DNA of 64,000 nt from Sulfurospirillaceae bacterium (GCA_033723415.1 JAWVXD010000007.1:1-64000); one strand, 5' to 3'. Counted from the first letter of the stretch, positions 29,440-38,991 are shown. Made by a program: numbers and translations. Notes: generated from the sequence alone by a model not told the origin.

Positions 29440-30257
29440 TCGCGTTTACTTTAGCCCTATTTGCTCCGCTTTGGGGTGGTTTTATTTACGGATTTGAGAG
29501 AGTCCTTCGAGCGAAGATGCAAAGAAGGATCGGACCTCCGCTGCTTCAGCCTTTTTATGATATGTTGAAGTTGATTGGCAAAAGAGCTTTTTTTATCCAT
29601 AAAACACACAGACTCTTGGGATTGTTTTACTTTTTTGCTCTTTGGGTCACGTTGTTTTTGATATTTTTGGGCGGCAATCTACTCTATATTATCTATTTTC
29701 ACTTGATGGCATCTATATTTTATATCTTGGCAGGCTTTAGCGTAAAATCGATCTTTTCAAATCTTGGATCAAATAGAAAGCTTCTGTCCATCATCGCGTA
29801 TGAACCTGTTTTGATCTTAACTGCCATATCTCTTTATCTCAATTATCACAGTTTTGAAATCTCGCGGATACTCATCTTGGATATGCCTATTAGTAACCTC
29901 TTCTTGAACTATCTGGCGATCTTGGTCATCATACCTGCGATCACCGGACATTCTCCATTTGATGCACCCAAAGCGCATCAAGAGATCATCGGAGGGATCG
30001 ACGTCGAATACGGCGGTGTCTTTTATGAAATGATCTATATGGCAAAGTTTTTAGAAACGATCTTCATATACAGTTTTATCTATATCCTTTGCGGGAACAA
30101 CCATTTTCTAGGAATTGTTCTTATCATGATCTCATTTTTACTGGTCAATCTTGTTGACAATGCAACCGCAAGGATCAAGATACGTGACATGGTGCGGATC
30201 ATCTATACCTATGGTTTTGGATTGAGTATCCTTGGCATTGTTTGGAGCCTCTTATGA
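29436..30257 (+). CDS. echB: Ech hydrogenase subunit B (NuoH-like)
   Basis: RAKMQRRIGPPLLQPFYD, SPFD...HQEIIGG...EYGG; ATGA overlap with echA. Confidence 0.88.
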   Translation: MIAFTLALFAPLWGGFIYGFERVLRAKMQRRIGPPLLQPFYDMLKLIGKRAFFIHKTHRLLGLFYFFALWVTLFLIFLGGNLLYIIYFHLMASIFYILAGFSVKSIFSNLGSNRKLLSIIAYEPVLILTAISLYLNYHSFEISRILILDMPISNLFLNYLAILVIIPAITGHSPFDAPKAHQEIIGGIDVEYGGVFYEMIYMAKFLETIFIYSFIYILCGNNHFLGIVLIMISFLLVNLVDNATARIKIRDMVRIIYTYGFGLSILGIVWSLL

Positions 30258-30709
30258 AATTAAATACCTACAGCAAAAAATCTCCTTGGATCTTGCACTA
30301 TAACTGCGGAAGCTGTAACGGCTGCGACATCGAGATACTCGCAAGTCTTGCACCAAAATATGATCTGGAGCGCTTTGGTATCCTCAACAACGGTAATCCA
30401 AAACAAGCCGATATTTTCCTTGTTACCGGAGCACTCACCTATAGGGCAAGAAGCCGATTGATAGAACTTTACAAGCAGATACCCGAACCCAAAGTCGTCG
30501 TAGCTTTGGGGAGTTGTACTTGTGCAGGAGGCGTGTTTCGCGACATGTACAATGTAGAAAACGGTATCGATACTTTTATCCCTGTGGATGTTTATATCCC
30601 AGGATGCGCTGCGAGTCCGGAACTCATCATCGACGGGGTTGCAAAAGCACTCGATATTTTGGAGGCAAAAACAAAAAAGAAAGAAAAGGTCAAAAAGGAT
30701 TTTCAATGA
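30254..30709 (+). CDS. echC: Ech hydrogenase small subunit C (NuoB-like)
   Basis: SPW...GSCNGCDIE, NPKQAD, GSCTCAGG, PVDVYIPGC; ATGA overlap. Confidence 0.92.
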   Translation: MKLNTYSKKSPWILHYNCGSCNGCDIEILASLAPKYDLERFGILNNGNPKQADIFLVTGALTYRARSRLIELYKQIPEPKVVVALGSCTCAGGVFRDMYNVENGIDTFIPVDVYIPGCAASPELIIDGVAKALDILEAKTKKKEKVKKDFQ

Positions 30710-31050
30710 TCAAAGAGATCGAACTCAAAGATTTAAAACAGGTCATAGGCGATTTTTACGATAAGTTAACGTGGCATTTTGTTTGTCTCAATGCGGATGA
30801 CATAGAGGGCAAATGTAAACTCCAATGGATCTTTTCAAAATACCTCGTCATGGATGAATACATGATCTTTACGACCACGATTTCTTATGATACCAAAGTG
30901 CCCTCAATTATGGAAATCATTCCCAGTGCCATCATGAGCGAGCGAGAGTGCGTGGATCTTTTCGGTATTGATATTATGGGAATCGACAAGGGTTTATATC
31001 TGGATGAAACCTCCTTAAAGAACCCTCTAAGGGGGCATGAAAATGAGTAA
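30706..31050 (+). CDS. echD: Ech hydrogenase subunit D (NuoC-like)
   Basis: ATGA overlap with echC at 30706; KVPSIMEIIPSAIMSERECVDLFGI. Confidence 0.85.
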   Translation: MIKEIELKDLKQVIGDFYDKLTWHFVCLNADDIEGKCKLQWIFSKYLVMDEYMIFTTTISYDTKVPSIMEIIPSAIMSERECVDLFGIDIMGIDKGLYLDETSLKNPLRGHENE

Positions 31051-32131
31051 AAAGATCATCAATATCCCTATCGGATCACAACATATCTCACTTCTTGAAC
31101 CGGTACGATTTAATTTTACGACAGAAAATGAAAAGATAGTCGGCATCGATTGGGATGTAGGATTTGTACATCGCGGCATCGAAAAAGCCTGCACACAAAA
31201 ATTTGAATACAAACAAGTCGGTTACGTCGTGGCTAGAGTTTGCGGACTTTGTGCGATCACACACTCCCTTGCATATACCTATGCCATCGAAAAACTTCTA
31301 GGCATTGAACTCACTAAAAAGATTCAGTACTTAAGAGTTATGATGTTAGAGCTTGATCGCATCCATTCTCACATGCTCTGCCTTTCACATACGGTAGAAA
31401 ATGCCGGATTTGAAGCGATGTTCATGAAGATCATGGGGGATCGTGAACTTGTGATGGAGATGCAAGAAGCGATCAGCGGCAACAGAATTCAATTTGATTA
31501 TATCAGCATCGGCGGAGTCAATCGAGACTTGGATCAAAAAGTGGAAAAACAGCTTTTAATCAATATCAAACTTTTAGATGAAAAGATAGATGATTTGATC
31601 GAGAAATTTCAAAACAATTGGTCGCTTTCTCTAAAGTTCAAAGGCATCGGAGTATTAAGCAAAGAAGATGCCTACTATTACAACGCGATGGGTCCATTGG
31701 CAAGAGCCGCAGGTGCTAGGATCGATACAAGACTCGAGAGTTCATTCATGCCTCACGCCGAGGTTGGATATGAAACGGTTTTGTTTAAAGATGGCGATAT
31801 ACACGCCAGAAATATGGTGAGACTCTTAGAGATCAAGAATTCTATCCAGATGATACGAAACATCGTACAAGGACTCCCCGAAGGTGAAATACAGGTAAAG
31901 GCAAAAGGCAAACCTACAGGTGAAGCGCTTGTGAGACTGGAAGCTCCAAGGGGTGAGATCTTTTATTATGTCAGGGGAGTGGGTGAAAATATGCTGAGCC
32001 GGGTTCGCATCAAAACCCCGACCTACTCACAAGTCCCTACTTTTATTAGGATTTTCAAGGGTGCCAATTATGCCGATGCACATGCGATATTGGCTTCACT
32101 GGACCCTTGCATGTCATGTACGGCAAAATAG
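31037..32131 (+). CDS. echE: Ech [NiFe]-hydrogenase large subunit E
   Basis: GFVHRGIEK, L1 RVCGLC, EAPRGE, L2 DPCMSC followed only by TAK; start 31037 or 31043. Confidence 0.92.
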   Translation: MKMSKKIINIPIGSQHISLLEPVRFNFTTENEKIVGIDWDVGFVHRGIEKACTQKFEYKQVGYVVARVCGLCAITHSLAYTYAIEKLLGIELTKKIQYLRVMMLELDRIHSHMLCLSHTVENAGFEAMFMKIMGDRELVMEMQEAISGNRIQFDYISIGGVNRDLDQKVEKQLLINIKLLDEKIDDLIEKFQNNWSLSLKFKGIGVLSKEDAYYYNAMGPLARAAGARIDTRLESSFMPHAEVGYETVLFKDGDIHARNMVRLLEIKNSIQMIRNIVQGLPEGEIQVKAKGKPTGEALVRLEAPRGEIFYYVRGVGENMLSRVRIKTPTYSQVPTFIRIFKGANYADAHAILASLDPCMSCTAK

Positions 32132-32140
32132 GATGCTAAA

Positions 32141-32533
32141 ATGATACTCTCTATGATTGAATCTTTTACGAATCTCTTCAAAAAACCACTCACTCACGAC
32201 TATCCCAAGATACCCTTGCCAAAAATTGAGCATTATCGAGGCTTGATCAAATACACCCTCGCAGAGTGCATCTTTTGCGACAAATGTGAAAAAGTCTGTC
32301 CGACCAAAGCGATCATCTTCACACAAAATCTTGATGGCACTAAAGTTTATCATTATAATCATCATCTCTGTATATATTGCGGTGAGTGCGTGCGAGATTG
32401 TCCTAAGATGGATCTTGCACTCACGCAAAGCGATGAAAAACCTGGTATTGAACTAGGTGTAAACGACATCAGTGAAACTTGGAAAGCTTTGCAAGAGAGG
32501 GCAAAACAAGACAGGATCGACTACAAGAAGTAA
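32141..32533 (+). CDS. echF: Ech hydrogenase subunit F (2x[4Fe-4S], NuoI-like)
   Basis: CIFCDKCEKVCP and CIYCGECVRDCP. Confidence 0.9.
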   Translation: MILSMIESFTNLFKKPLTHDYPKIPLPKIEHYRGLIKYTLAECIFCDKCEKVCPTKAIIFTQNLDGTKVYHYNHHLCIYCGECVRDCPKMDLALTQSDEKPGIELGVNDISETWKALQERAKQDRIDYKK

Positions 32534-32547
32534 AACCAAAGCCTCTG

Positions 32548-33447
32548 CTAAAGAGTCTCTTTAATGATCTTTCTCCTCTTGAAATGATTCATAGATGAAA
32601 TAAGCGAACCCAAGATGATCAACGCACAAGCGATCCAGATATTGTAGCTGGCTTTTGAGAGACCAAGCGCGATGAGAAGCAGCGTTGAGAGAAGCGGTAT
32701 CGCATAGGCTAAAGTACCCAAAAGTTTGATGTCGCCATTTTTCAAACCATAATCCCAGACAAAAAAAGCACCTCCAACCGGTCCAAGACCCAGCATGAGG
32801 ATCGCAAACAGTTCTTTAGTATTGGGGATCACCGTTGTTTCAAATATGAAGTGAAACAGGAGCGCTAGCACGGCAGTCGCACCACAAAAGCCACCAACGG
32901 CACTGGTTGGAATCTTTGCAAAGTAGCGTGAAAGAACCGAGTAAGTCGCCCAGATCATCGCACAAGTAAAAGCAAAGAGGTAACCGTTTAGATACTGCGC
33001 TTGAAAATGAAATCCATGTCCCCCGCCAACTAAAAAAGCAACCCCTATCAAACCGCAAATCGCACCTACTACGTGAAACCATCTTAATTTTTCGTTTGGA
33101 AGAAATGAGCTAAACAGTACGATAAAAAGAGGCCAAAGGTAATTGATAAGATTGGCTTCCACAGCGGGCGCATTTTGTATGGCTAAAAAATAAAAAAAAT
33201 GATAGCCAAAAAGCCCGCCGACTCCGACAAGCCAAACTTTTATCGGATGTTTTAGATGGATTAAAATACCTTTTCTCTGCTTCTTCCATAAAATAAGTCC
33301 TATAAAAAATGCTATGAAAAACGACATCGAGGTGAGTTCAAGCGGTGGGATTCTTCTTGCTAAAACACCAAAACTGGCTAATGTTGCCCAAAATATAATA
33401 GCAATAAGTCCGACAATATTTCCTAAAAAAATATTTTGTTTTATCAC
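32548..33447 (-). CDS. EamA/DMT-family exporter (YddG-like)
   Basis: GLFGYHFFYFLA, APAVEANLINYLWP; about 10 TM; GTG 33447 after GGGGG. Confidence 0.88.
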   Translation of the reverse strand: MIKQNIFLGNIVGLIAIIFWATLASFGVLARRIPPLELTSMSFFIAFFIGLILWKKQRKGILIHLKHPIKVWLVGVGGLFGYHFFYFLAIQNAPAVEANLINYLWPLFIVLFSSFLPNEKLRWFHVVGAICGLIGVAFLVGGGHGFHFQAQYLNGYLFAFTCAMIWATYSVLSRYFAKIPTSAVGGFCGATAVLALLFHFIFETTVIPNTKELFAILMLGLGPVGGAFFVWDYGLKNGDIKLLGTLAYAIPLLSTLLLIALGLSKASYNIWIACALIILGSLISSMNHFKRRKIIKETL

Positions 33448-33515
33448 ATCCCCCTTAATTTTGATGTATTTTAACATAATTGTAATATAATTAAAGCAAG
33501 AAAAAGGAGCGTTCT

Positions 33516-35150
33516 ATGCAATATGCAAGTATCTTTATACAAGCATTTTCAGGTCTTGGACTTTTTCTTTTTGGGATGTATTATCTTGAATCTCAAATCA
33601 AAGAATCAGCCGGCCGTTCATTTAGAAAGATGATGAGAAATGCGACTGATACAAATCTTAAAAGTCTTTTTATAGGTATCACGGCTACCACGATCTTCCA
33701 AAGCTCTTCTCTTGTCTCCTTGATGGTGCTCTCTTTGATCGGTGCAGAGCTCATGAGTATCCAAAGTGCCGTTTCGGTCATCATCGGGGCAAATCTTGGA
33801 ACAACGGCAACAGCGTGGATAATGGCAATAGTCGGTTTTAAGATGAATATTAGACTAATCTCATTTGCGATAGTCGGACTTGGAGGTCTTGGCAAGGTCC
33901 TTGTCATGGAAGACAACAAATGGAAAAGCTATAGCGGGATCTTAATCGGCGTAGGTCTTATATTTTTAGGACTGGCCGAGATGAAAGAGAGTCTGGGAGT
34001 ATTTGCCAATAATTTTGATGTTTCTTCTATAAAATTAGAGAATCCTTATTGGTATGCTATTATCGGGCTTGTCTTAACTGCCATCATTCAATCTAGTTCA
34101 GCTTCCATAGCGATAATACAAAGTGCCCTCTTTGCAAATCTCATATCTTTTCATGCGGCAGGTGCATTTGTCATAGGAGCAAATATGGGAACGACCGTGA
34201 CGATCATACTCGGTGCAATCGGCGGTATTTCAAACAAAAAAAGAACGGCTGCAGCTCATGTCATCTTCAATATAACAACAGATTTGATAGCCCTTTCTCT
34301 ATTGTACCCTCTGGTCTGGATTGTAAACTTTTTACTCCCATCGGTAGATAGTGTTATAAAGATAGCACTTTTTCATTCACTCTTCAATTTTATCGGTGTT
34401 ATGATATGGTTTCCATTTGTACCAAAATTCGCCTTCTTCCTTAAAAACTTTTTTAAAACAAAACCTTTTAACATCACAAGATACATACATCAAATTCCCG
34501 TTCATGATGCAGATATTGCCATAGATGCCCTCAGAAAAGAGATCGAACATCTTAGTGATGAAATAGAAAAATTTGCCCTTTTTGCGATCAATGTACCGGA
34601 CGCTATGATCTTAGAAAAAAACAACACGATCGATACCTCGATATTAACACAATACAAGGATGATATCGACATGCCATATCGAGAAATTTATGAAAAAATA
34701 CGTGCCTTAGAAGGTGAGATTTACCGTTACATCTCAACTATCAGTACCAAAAATCAAGATAAAACTGATCAAGAGATCTTAGATCATCTATATAGAAAAA
34801 CGTCTTATCTGGCAACAGCATCTAAATCCATAAAAGATATGCTTCAAGATCTAAGAGAACTATACAATGCTACAAGTATAGAGGAACAAGAGTTTTATGA
34901 AAATTTACGCACTCAAATCCTAAAAAACACTTTGGCATATCATCAAGCAAGGATCGGAAATAAAATATATGTAGAAGAAATTCAAACGATGTATGACGAT
35001 ATAGCATATTCTTATAGTGACAACGTGAAAATGATAGAAGAAATAGCCAAAAATATGGACATCAAATCAGAAATGACAGCAATCGTGATCAATGATATGT
35101 ATCTTGTAAAAAGCTTTTCAAAATCACTATTAAATGCTTTAAATGCATAA
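33516..35150 (+). CDS. Na/Pi cotransporter family protein
   Basis: GLGLFLFGM, two QSSS repeats, GANLGTT/GANMGTT. Confidence 0.92.
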   Translation: MQYASIFIQAFSGLGLFLFGMYYLESQIKESAGRSFRKMMRNATDTNLKSLFIGITATTIFQSSSLVSLMVLSLIGAELMSIQSAVSVIIGANLGTTATAWIMAIVGFKMNIRLISFAIVGLGGLGKVLVMEDNKWKSYSGILIGVGLIFLGLAEMKESLGVFANNFDVSSIKLENPYWYAIIGLVLTAIIQSSSASIAIIQSALFANLISFHAAGAFVIGANMGTTVTIILGAIGGISNKKRTAAAHVIFNITTDLIALSLLYPLVWIVNFLLPSVDSVIKIALFHSLFNFIGVMIWFPFVPKFAFFLKNFFKTKPFNITRYIHQIPVHDADIAIDALRKEIEHLSDEIEKFALFAINVPDAMILEKNNTIDTSILTQYKDDIDMPYREIYEKIRALEGEIYRYISTISTKNQDKTDQEILDHLYRKTSYLATASKSIKDMLQDLRELYNATSIEEQEFYENLRTQILKNTLAYHQARIGNKIYVEEIQTMYDDIAYSYSDNVKMIEEIAKNMDIKSEMTAIVINDMYLVKSFSKSLLNALNA

Positions 35151-35181
35151 GAAAATTTATCAAATTATGATATAATTTAAT

Positions 35182-35862
35182 ATGGCTAAAAATCAAGAAA
35201 TACAAATATTTCAGGGCTTTGACAACGCATTTAAACAGGAAATAAGTTCGTATGCAAAGTTGGTCCGTTTCGAAAAAGGAAATATCCCATTTTTTGCGGA
35301 TGACTTGTTAAAACATTTTTATTCTATCCTTGATGGCAGGATCAAAGCTTATCAGTTAAATTTGGAAACTTTAAAAGAACAAACCATTTTTATTTACAGA
35401 AAAGGAGATATGCTTGATACGGTCATATTGTTGGACAAGCTCTCTCACAATCTGATATATGATGCATTGGAAGATACTCAAGCCCTTCAATTTCCTATAG
35501 AAAAAGTGCGAGAGTGGATTGATACAAAACCTGAATTTAACAAGAAATTTTTTCCTTACATCGCATCACAGATGAGAAATACCGAGCAATTGGCAGCTGA
35601 TTTATCACTGTATGATACGATGCACAGACTCATCAGTTTATTGCTTGAAAACATGAATCAAAAGAATACCTTCAAATACAATCTCTTACACGACCTATCA
35701 AATACAGAAATCGCAAATCTTATCGGAACGGTCAGACAAGTCGTAGAACGACACCTCAAGGATTTAAAAAAACAAAACGTACTCGACACGACGCGAAAAA
35801 ACGTTTCTCTCAAAGATATCACAAAGCTTTTAAAAAAGATCGAACAATTGCAACTTAAGTAG
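35182..35862 (+). CDS. Crp/Fnr-family transcriptional regulator
   Basis: cNMP-binding-like domain; HTH LSNTEIANLIGTVRQVVERHL. Confidence 0.88.
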   Translation: MAKNQEIQIFQGFDNAFKQEISSYAKLVRFEKGNIPFFADDLLKHFYSILDGRIKAYQLNLETLKEQTIFIYRKGDMLDTVILLDKLSHNLIYDALEDTQALQFPIEKVREWIDTKPEFNKKFFPYIASQMRNTEQLAADLSLYDTMHRLISLLLENMNQKNTFKYNLLHDLSNTEIANLIGTVRQVVERHLKDLKKQNVLDTTRKNVSLKDITKLLKKIEQLQLK

Positions 35863-35864
35863 CA
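35849..35864. promoter_or_regulatory. Candidate Crp/Fnr site TGCAAC-TTAA-GTAGCA upstream of hsp20 pair
   Basis: One-mismatch 6-4-6 palindrome centred about -42.5 from TAAAAT (35887-35892). Confidence 0.5.
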
Positions 35865-35915
35865 TTATCCAAACTCTTTATTGTTGTAAAATTACTACAA
35901 AAAAAGGAGTCTATC

Positions 35916-36362
35916 ATGTTTATAACCAAATATAATCCGTTCCCCGGATCCAAAAAAAGCAGTGTTAAGTATGATATCGTCAATGATTTCATGAATTTTT
36001 TTGATACAAGATTCGATGAATCAAATCTCATTGACTTTAGACCTAAAGTCAACACGGTAGAGGGTGAAAATGCCTACCATGTAGAAGTAGACCTACCAGG
36101 TGTAAAAAAAGAAGATATCAACGTAAACGTCGAAGATAATGTTTTGACGATATCCGGAGAGAGAAAAGTCAAAAAAGAGGTTAAAGAAGAAGATTATTAC
36201 AAAATGGAAAGCTCATACGGCAGCTTTTCGAGAAGCTTTACGCTACCTGAAAAAGTAGACGTGGAAAATATTCACGCCAACACTGAAGACGGAGTCTTGG
36301 AAGTCGTCATTCCAAAACTTGAAGTCGCTGAAAGTAAAGCTAAAAAAATTGAGATCAAATAA
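35916..36362 (+). CDS. Small heat-shock protein Hsp20/alpha-crystallin
   Basis: VDLPGVKKEDI, LTISGER, YGSFSRSFTLP, DGVLEVVIPK. Confidence 0.95.
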   Translation: MFITKYNPFPGSKKSSVKYDIVNDFMNFFDTRFDESNLIDFRPKVNTVEGENAYHVEVDLPGVKKEDINVNVEDNVLTISGERKVKKEVKEEDYYKMESSYGSFSRSFTLPEKVDVENIHANTEDGVLEVVIPKLEVAESKAKKIEIK

Positions 36363-36377
36363 GATAAAGGAGTTAGA

Positions 36378-36803
36378 ATGGACTTTATAAAAGATTCAAA
36401 AGATGCTTTAAATGCCATTGAAGATAAAGTTGAAAAAAGCTGGGAAGTCGCAAAAGATAAATTAGGTAATATCGTGAGTTATTTACCTTTTGCAAACATG
36501 GCAAAACACAGTCCAAACACTATAGATATTGAAATTGATCTACCAGGAGTTAAAAAAGAAGATATTAGTCTCACCGTTGAAGACAATGTTTTAACGCTCA
36601 GTGCCACAAGGAAGATGAAGCATGAGGCTAAAGAAGAAGATTATTATCTGTGCGAAAGTAGCTTTGGGCTCATCTCCAGAAGTTTTGTCATCCCAAATAA
36701 TATTGATAAAGATAAAATAAACGCCCAGTATGAAGATGGTATTTTATATATCACTTTTGAAAAAGAAGAATCAAAAAAAGCCAGAAATATTTCTATCAAA
36801 TAA
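36378..36803 (+). CDS. Small heat-shock protein Hsp20/alpha-crystallin (second copy)
   Basis: IDLPGVKKEDI, SFGLISRSFVIP, YEDGILYI. Confidence 0.93.
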   Translation: MDFIKDSKDALNAIEDKVEKSWEVAKDKLGNIVSYLPFANMAKHSPNTIDIEIDLPGVKKEDISLTVEDNVLTLSATRKMKHEAKEEDYYLCESSFGLISRSFVIPNNIDKDKINAQYEDGILYITFEKEESKKARNISIK

Positions 36804-36810
36804 TCAAAGT

Positions 36811-36839
36811 ATGATGAGGCACTTTGGTTGTCTCATCAT
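36811..36839. terminator. Bidirectional terminator hsp20/cfa
   Basis: ATGATGAGGCA-N7-TGTCTCATCAT. Confidence 0.65.
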
Positions 36840-36845
36840 GCGATC

Positions 36846-37970
36846 TTATCTTTTATACTCCACTTTCCTACCATGTTTTGAAAAAAGAATTTGCCACACT
36901 TGATTGATTCTAGATCTAAAGGTCGCGGCTGAAGAAAGCAGATAATATTCCCACATCTTATAAAATCTTAAATCGTATTTATTGCTTATTTCAGGCCACG
37001 CTCTTTTAAAATTTTCATACCACTGCATCAGTGTATAATCATATTGCGGACCAAAATTGTGCCAATCTTCTATCACAAATATATTTTCCGCCGCTTTGGC
37101 TATCTGAGTGGCCGATGGCAGCATAGAATTTGGAAAGATATACTTATCGATCCATGGATCGGTATATTTGACACTGACATTACTTCCTATGGTATGCAAT
37201 AAAAAAAGTCCATCTTCTTTTAGATTTTTAGATACTATAGACATAAAATTTTTATAATTTTTATATCCAACATGTTCGAACATTCCTATAGACACAATGT
37301 GATCAAACTTTTCATCTAGTTCACGATAATCTTGCAATCTAAACTCTATAGGCAGATCACCTTTTGTTTCATTTCCATACTTTATCTGTTCTTTGGATAT
37401 TGAGATACCAACACATCTTGCACCGTATTTCTCAGCAGCATAATGCATAAAACTTCCCCAACCGCATCCTATGTCAAGAACTTCATCACCTTCTTTTAAT
37501 CCGATTTTTCGACATATCATATCAAGCTTATGTTCTTGTGCTTCATCAAGATTTTTTGCAGCATCTAGATCTTGAAAACTGTCCCAATACCCACAGGTAT
37601 ATACCAAGCGTTTATCTAGCATTCTGGAGTAAAGATCATTACCTATATCATAATGTTGTCTGCCGACTTTCAAAGCATTTTCTCCTTTTTGAGGATTAAA
37701 AAGAAAAGATTTGAAATAATAAGGCAGCATTGCAATTGATTTTATTTGGTTTTCCAATTGGTTAGAGAAAATTATGGTGAAGAATTGATCAAGCCGCTTA
37801 ACGCTCCACCAATCATCCATATATGCCTCTCCGAAAGCTAGAGATCCTCCACGAAAAGTACGTTCATAAAAATTATCGTTATGAACTTGAATATCCCAAG
37901 GATTTTTTCCGTTTACCTCGATTCCTGCCTTTTCAAAAATCGAGATACCTTTTTCTTTAAATGAGAACAT
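36846..37970 (-). CDS. cfa: Cyclopropane-fatty-acyl-phospholipid synthase
   Basis: GEAYMDDWW, HYDIGNDLY, YTCGYW, LDIGCGWG, SIGMFEHVG, WIDKYIFP. Confidence 0.95.
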   Translation of the reverse strand: MFSFKEKGISIFEKAGIEVNGKNPWDIQVHNDNFYERTFRGGSLAFGEAYMDDWWSVKRLDQFFTIIFSNQLENQIKSIAMLPYYFKSFLFNPQKGENALKVGRQHYDIGNDLYSRMLDKRLVYTCGYWDSFQDLDAAKNLDEAQEHKLDMICRKIGLKEGDEVLDIGCGWGSFMHYAAEKYGARCVGISISKEQIKYGNETKGDLPIEFRLQDYRELDEKFDHIVSIGMFEHVGYKNYKNFMSIVSKNLKEDGLFLLHTIGSNVSVKYTDPWIDKYIFPNSMLPSATQIAKAAENIFVIEDWHNFGPQYDYTLMQWYENFKRAWPEISNKYDLRFYKMWEYYLLSSAATFRSRINQVWQILFSKHGRKVEYKR

Positions 37971-38150
37971 TTCATACTACTCCTTTTCGTTAAACTAACC
38001 TACAGGTAAAGTAGTTTGTACTCGCTAATTCCTAATTTAAAATTTTATCTTTAACGCCTATTATAGCATTTTAAATTTTAACACCTTATTTTTATAATAT
38101 ACAATTAATATTTTGGTATAATAATCCGAGAACTTTAAAAAGGAACAAAA

Positions 38151-38939
38151 ATGAATTTACTTGTTATTAATCTTAAAGGTGGAGCTGCTAAAACAACCAA
38201 CTCTTCTATAATTGCCTGTTACTTACCTGGTAGTGTTTTGTTGGAAATAGACAAAATAAACAGAAGTGATGTCAAAATCGACAGTAACGGCTTTTACAAA
38301 TCTAGACAGATTGACTTCCAAAACGAAACAAGTAAAGAATTTCTTGAATTTGAAAACTTTTTGATCGAAGAAGGTATTAAGATCATTGATGTCGGAGCGA
38401 TTAAATTAGAAACTTTCCATAATGCTATGAAAACTGCAAACCTTTATGATACTATCGACCTACTTATAATTCCTGCGATGGACGGAAGTGACGATTTTAC
38501 AGTTGCTATGGATTATTTAGAAAGTGTTAAAGGACTCATAGATCCAAGCAAGATCATGTTCAGCTTCAACAGATTTAATGAACACGAATATACAGATATA
38601 AAAGAACAGTTTGACAGTTTTTTCAATAACGCAGAAGCTATAAAAAGCAAATATAATATAGACTTAAATGATCCTGACAACTATTATGTTCTAAAAGACA
38701 GCAAAGCTATAAAACAAGCTAGGAAACTCGGCAGAACGATTAGATCTTTGGTTGATCAAGATCTAGAGAAAATCACACAAGAACAGAGAATGCCTGGAAT
38801 CGATAGAAATACAAGAATGGAACTCACAAAAAGAAGAACTCTTGTAAACTCTGCTAAAAAATTCTATGAAAACTTCATAGAAAGTATGATGGAAAAAATC
38901 AAAAATAAACTAGCTAAAAAAATATCATCAATTAAATAA
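38151..38939 (+). CDS. ParA/MinD-superfamily ATPase, plasmid StbB-like
   Basis: Deviant Walker A KGGAAKTT at the N-terminus, IIDVGA, LLIIP, KIMFSFNR. Confidence 0.65.
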   Translation: MNLLVINLKGGAAKTTNSSIIACYLPGSVLLEIDKINRSDVKIDSNGFYKSRQIDFQNETSKEFLEFENFLIEEGIKIIDVGAIKLETFHNAMKTANLYDTIDLLIIPAMDGSDDFTVAMDYLESVKGLIDPSKIMFSFNRFNEHEYTDIKEQFDSFFNNAEAIKSKYNIDLNDPDNYYVLKDSKAIKQARKLGRTIRSLVDQDLEKITQEQRMPGIDRNTRMELTKRRTLVNSAKKFYENFIESMMEKIKNKLAKKISSIK

Positions 38940-38945
38940 ATCGCC

Positions 38946-38991
38946 AAATCTTGCATGGAGTACTTATAAAGTACCGTTCCATGCAAGATTT
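38946..38991. terminator. Bidirectional terminator
   Basis: AAATCTTGCATGGA...TCCATGCAAGATTT long inverted repeat between convergent genes. Confidence 0.75.

Noticed and set aside
30514..30705. Arg/Cys-rich extension of the echD ORF suggesting a frameshift or overlap
   Set aside because: Off-frame read of echC; an ATGA-coupled start at 30706 gives a normal EchD
27694..32533. Partial complex I (nuo) operon
   Set aside because: The large subunit has both CxxC Ni-binding motifs and the order matches echA-F
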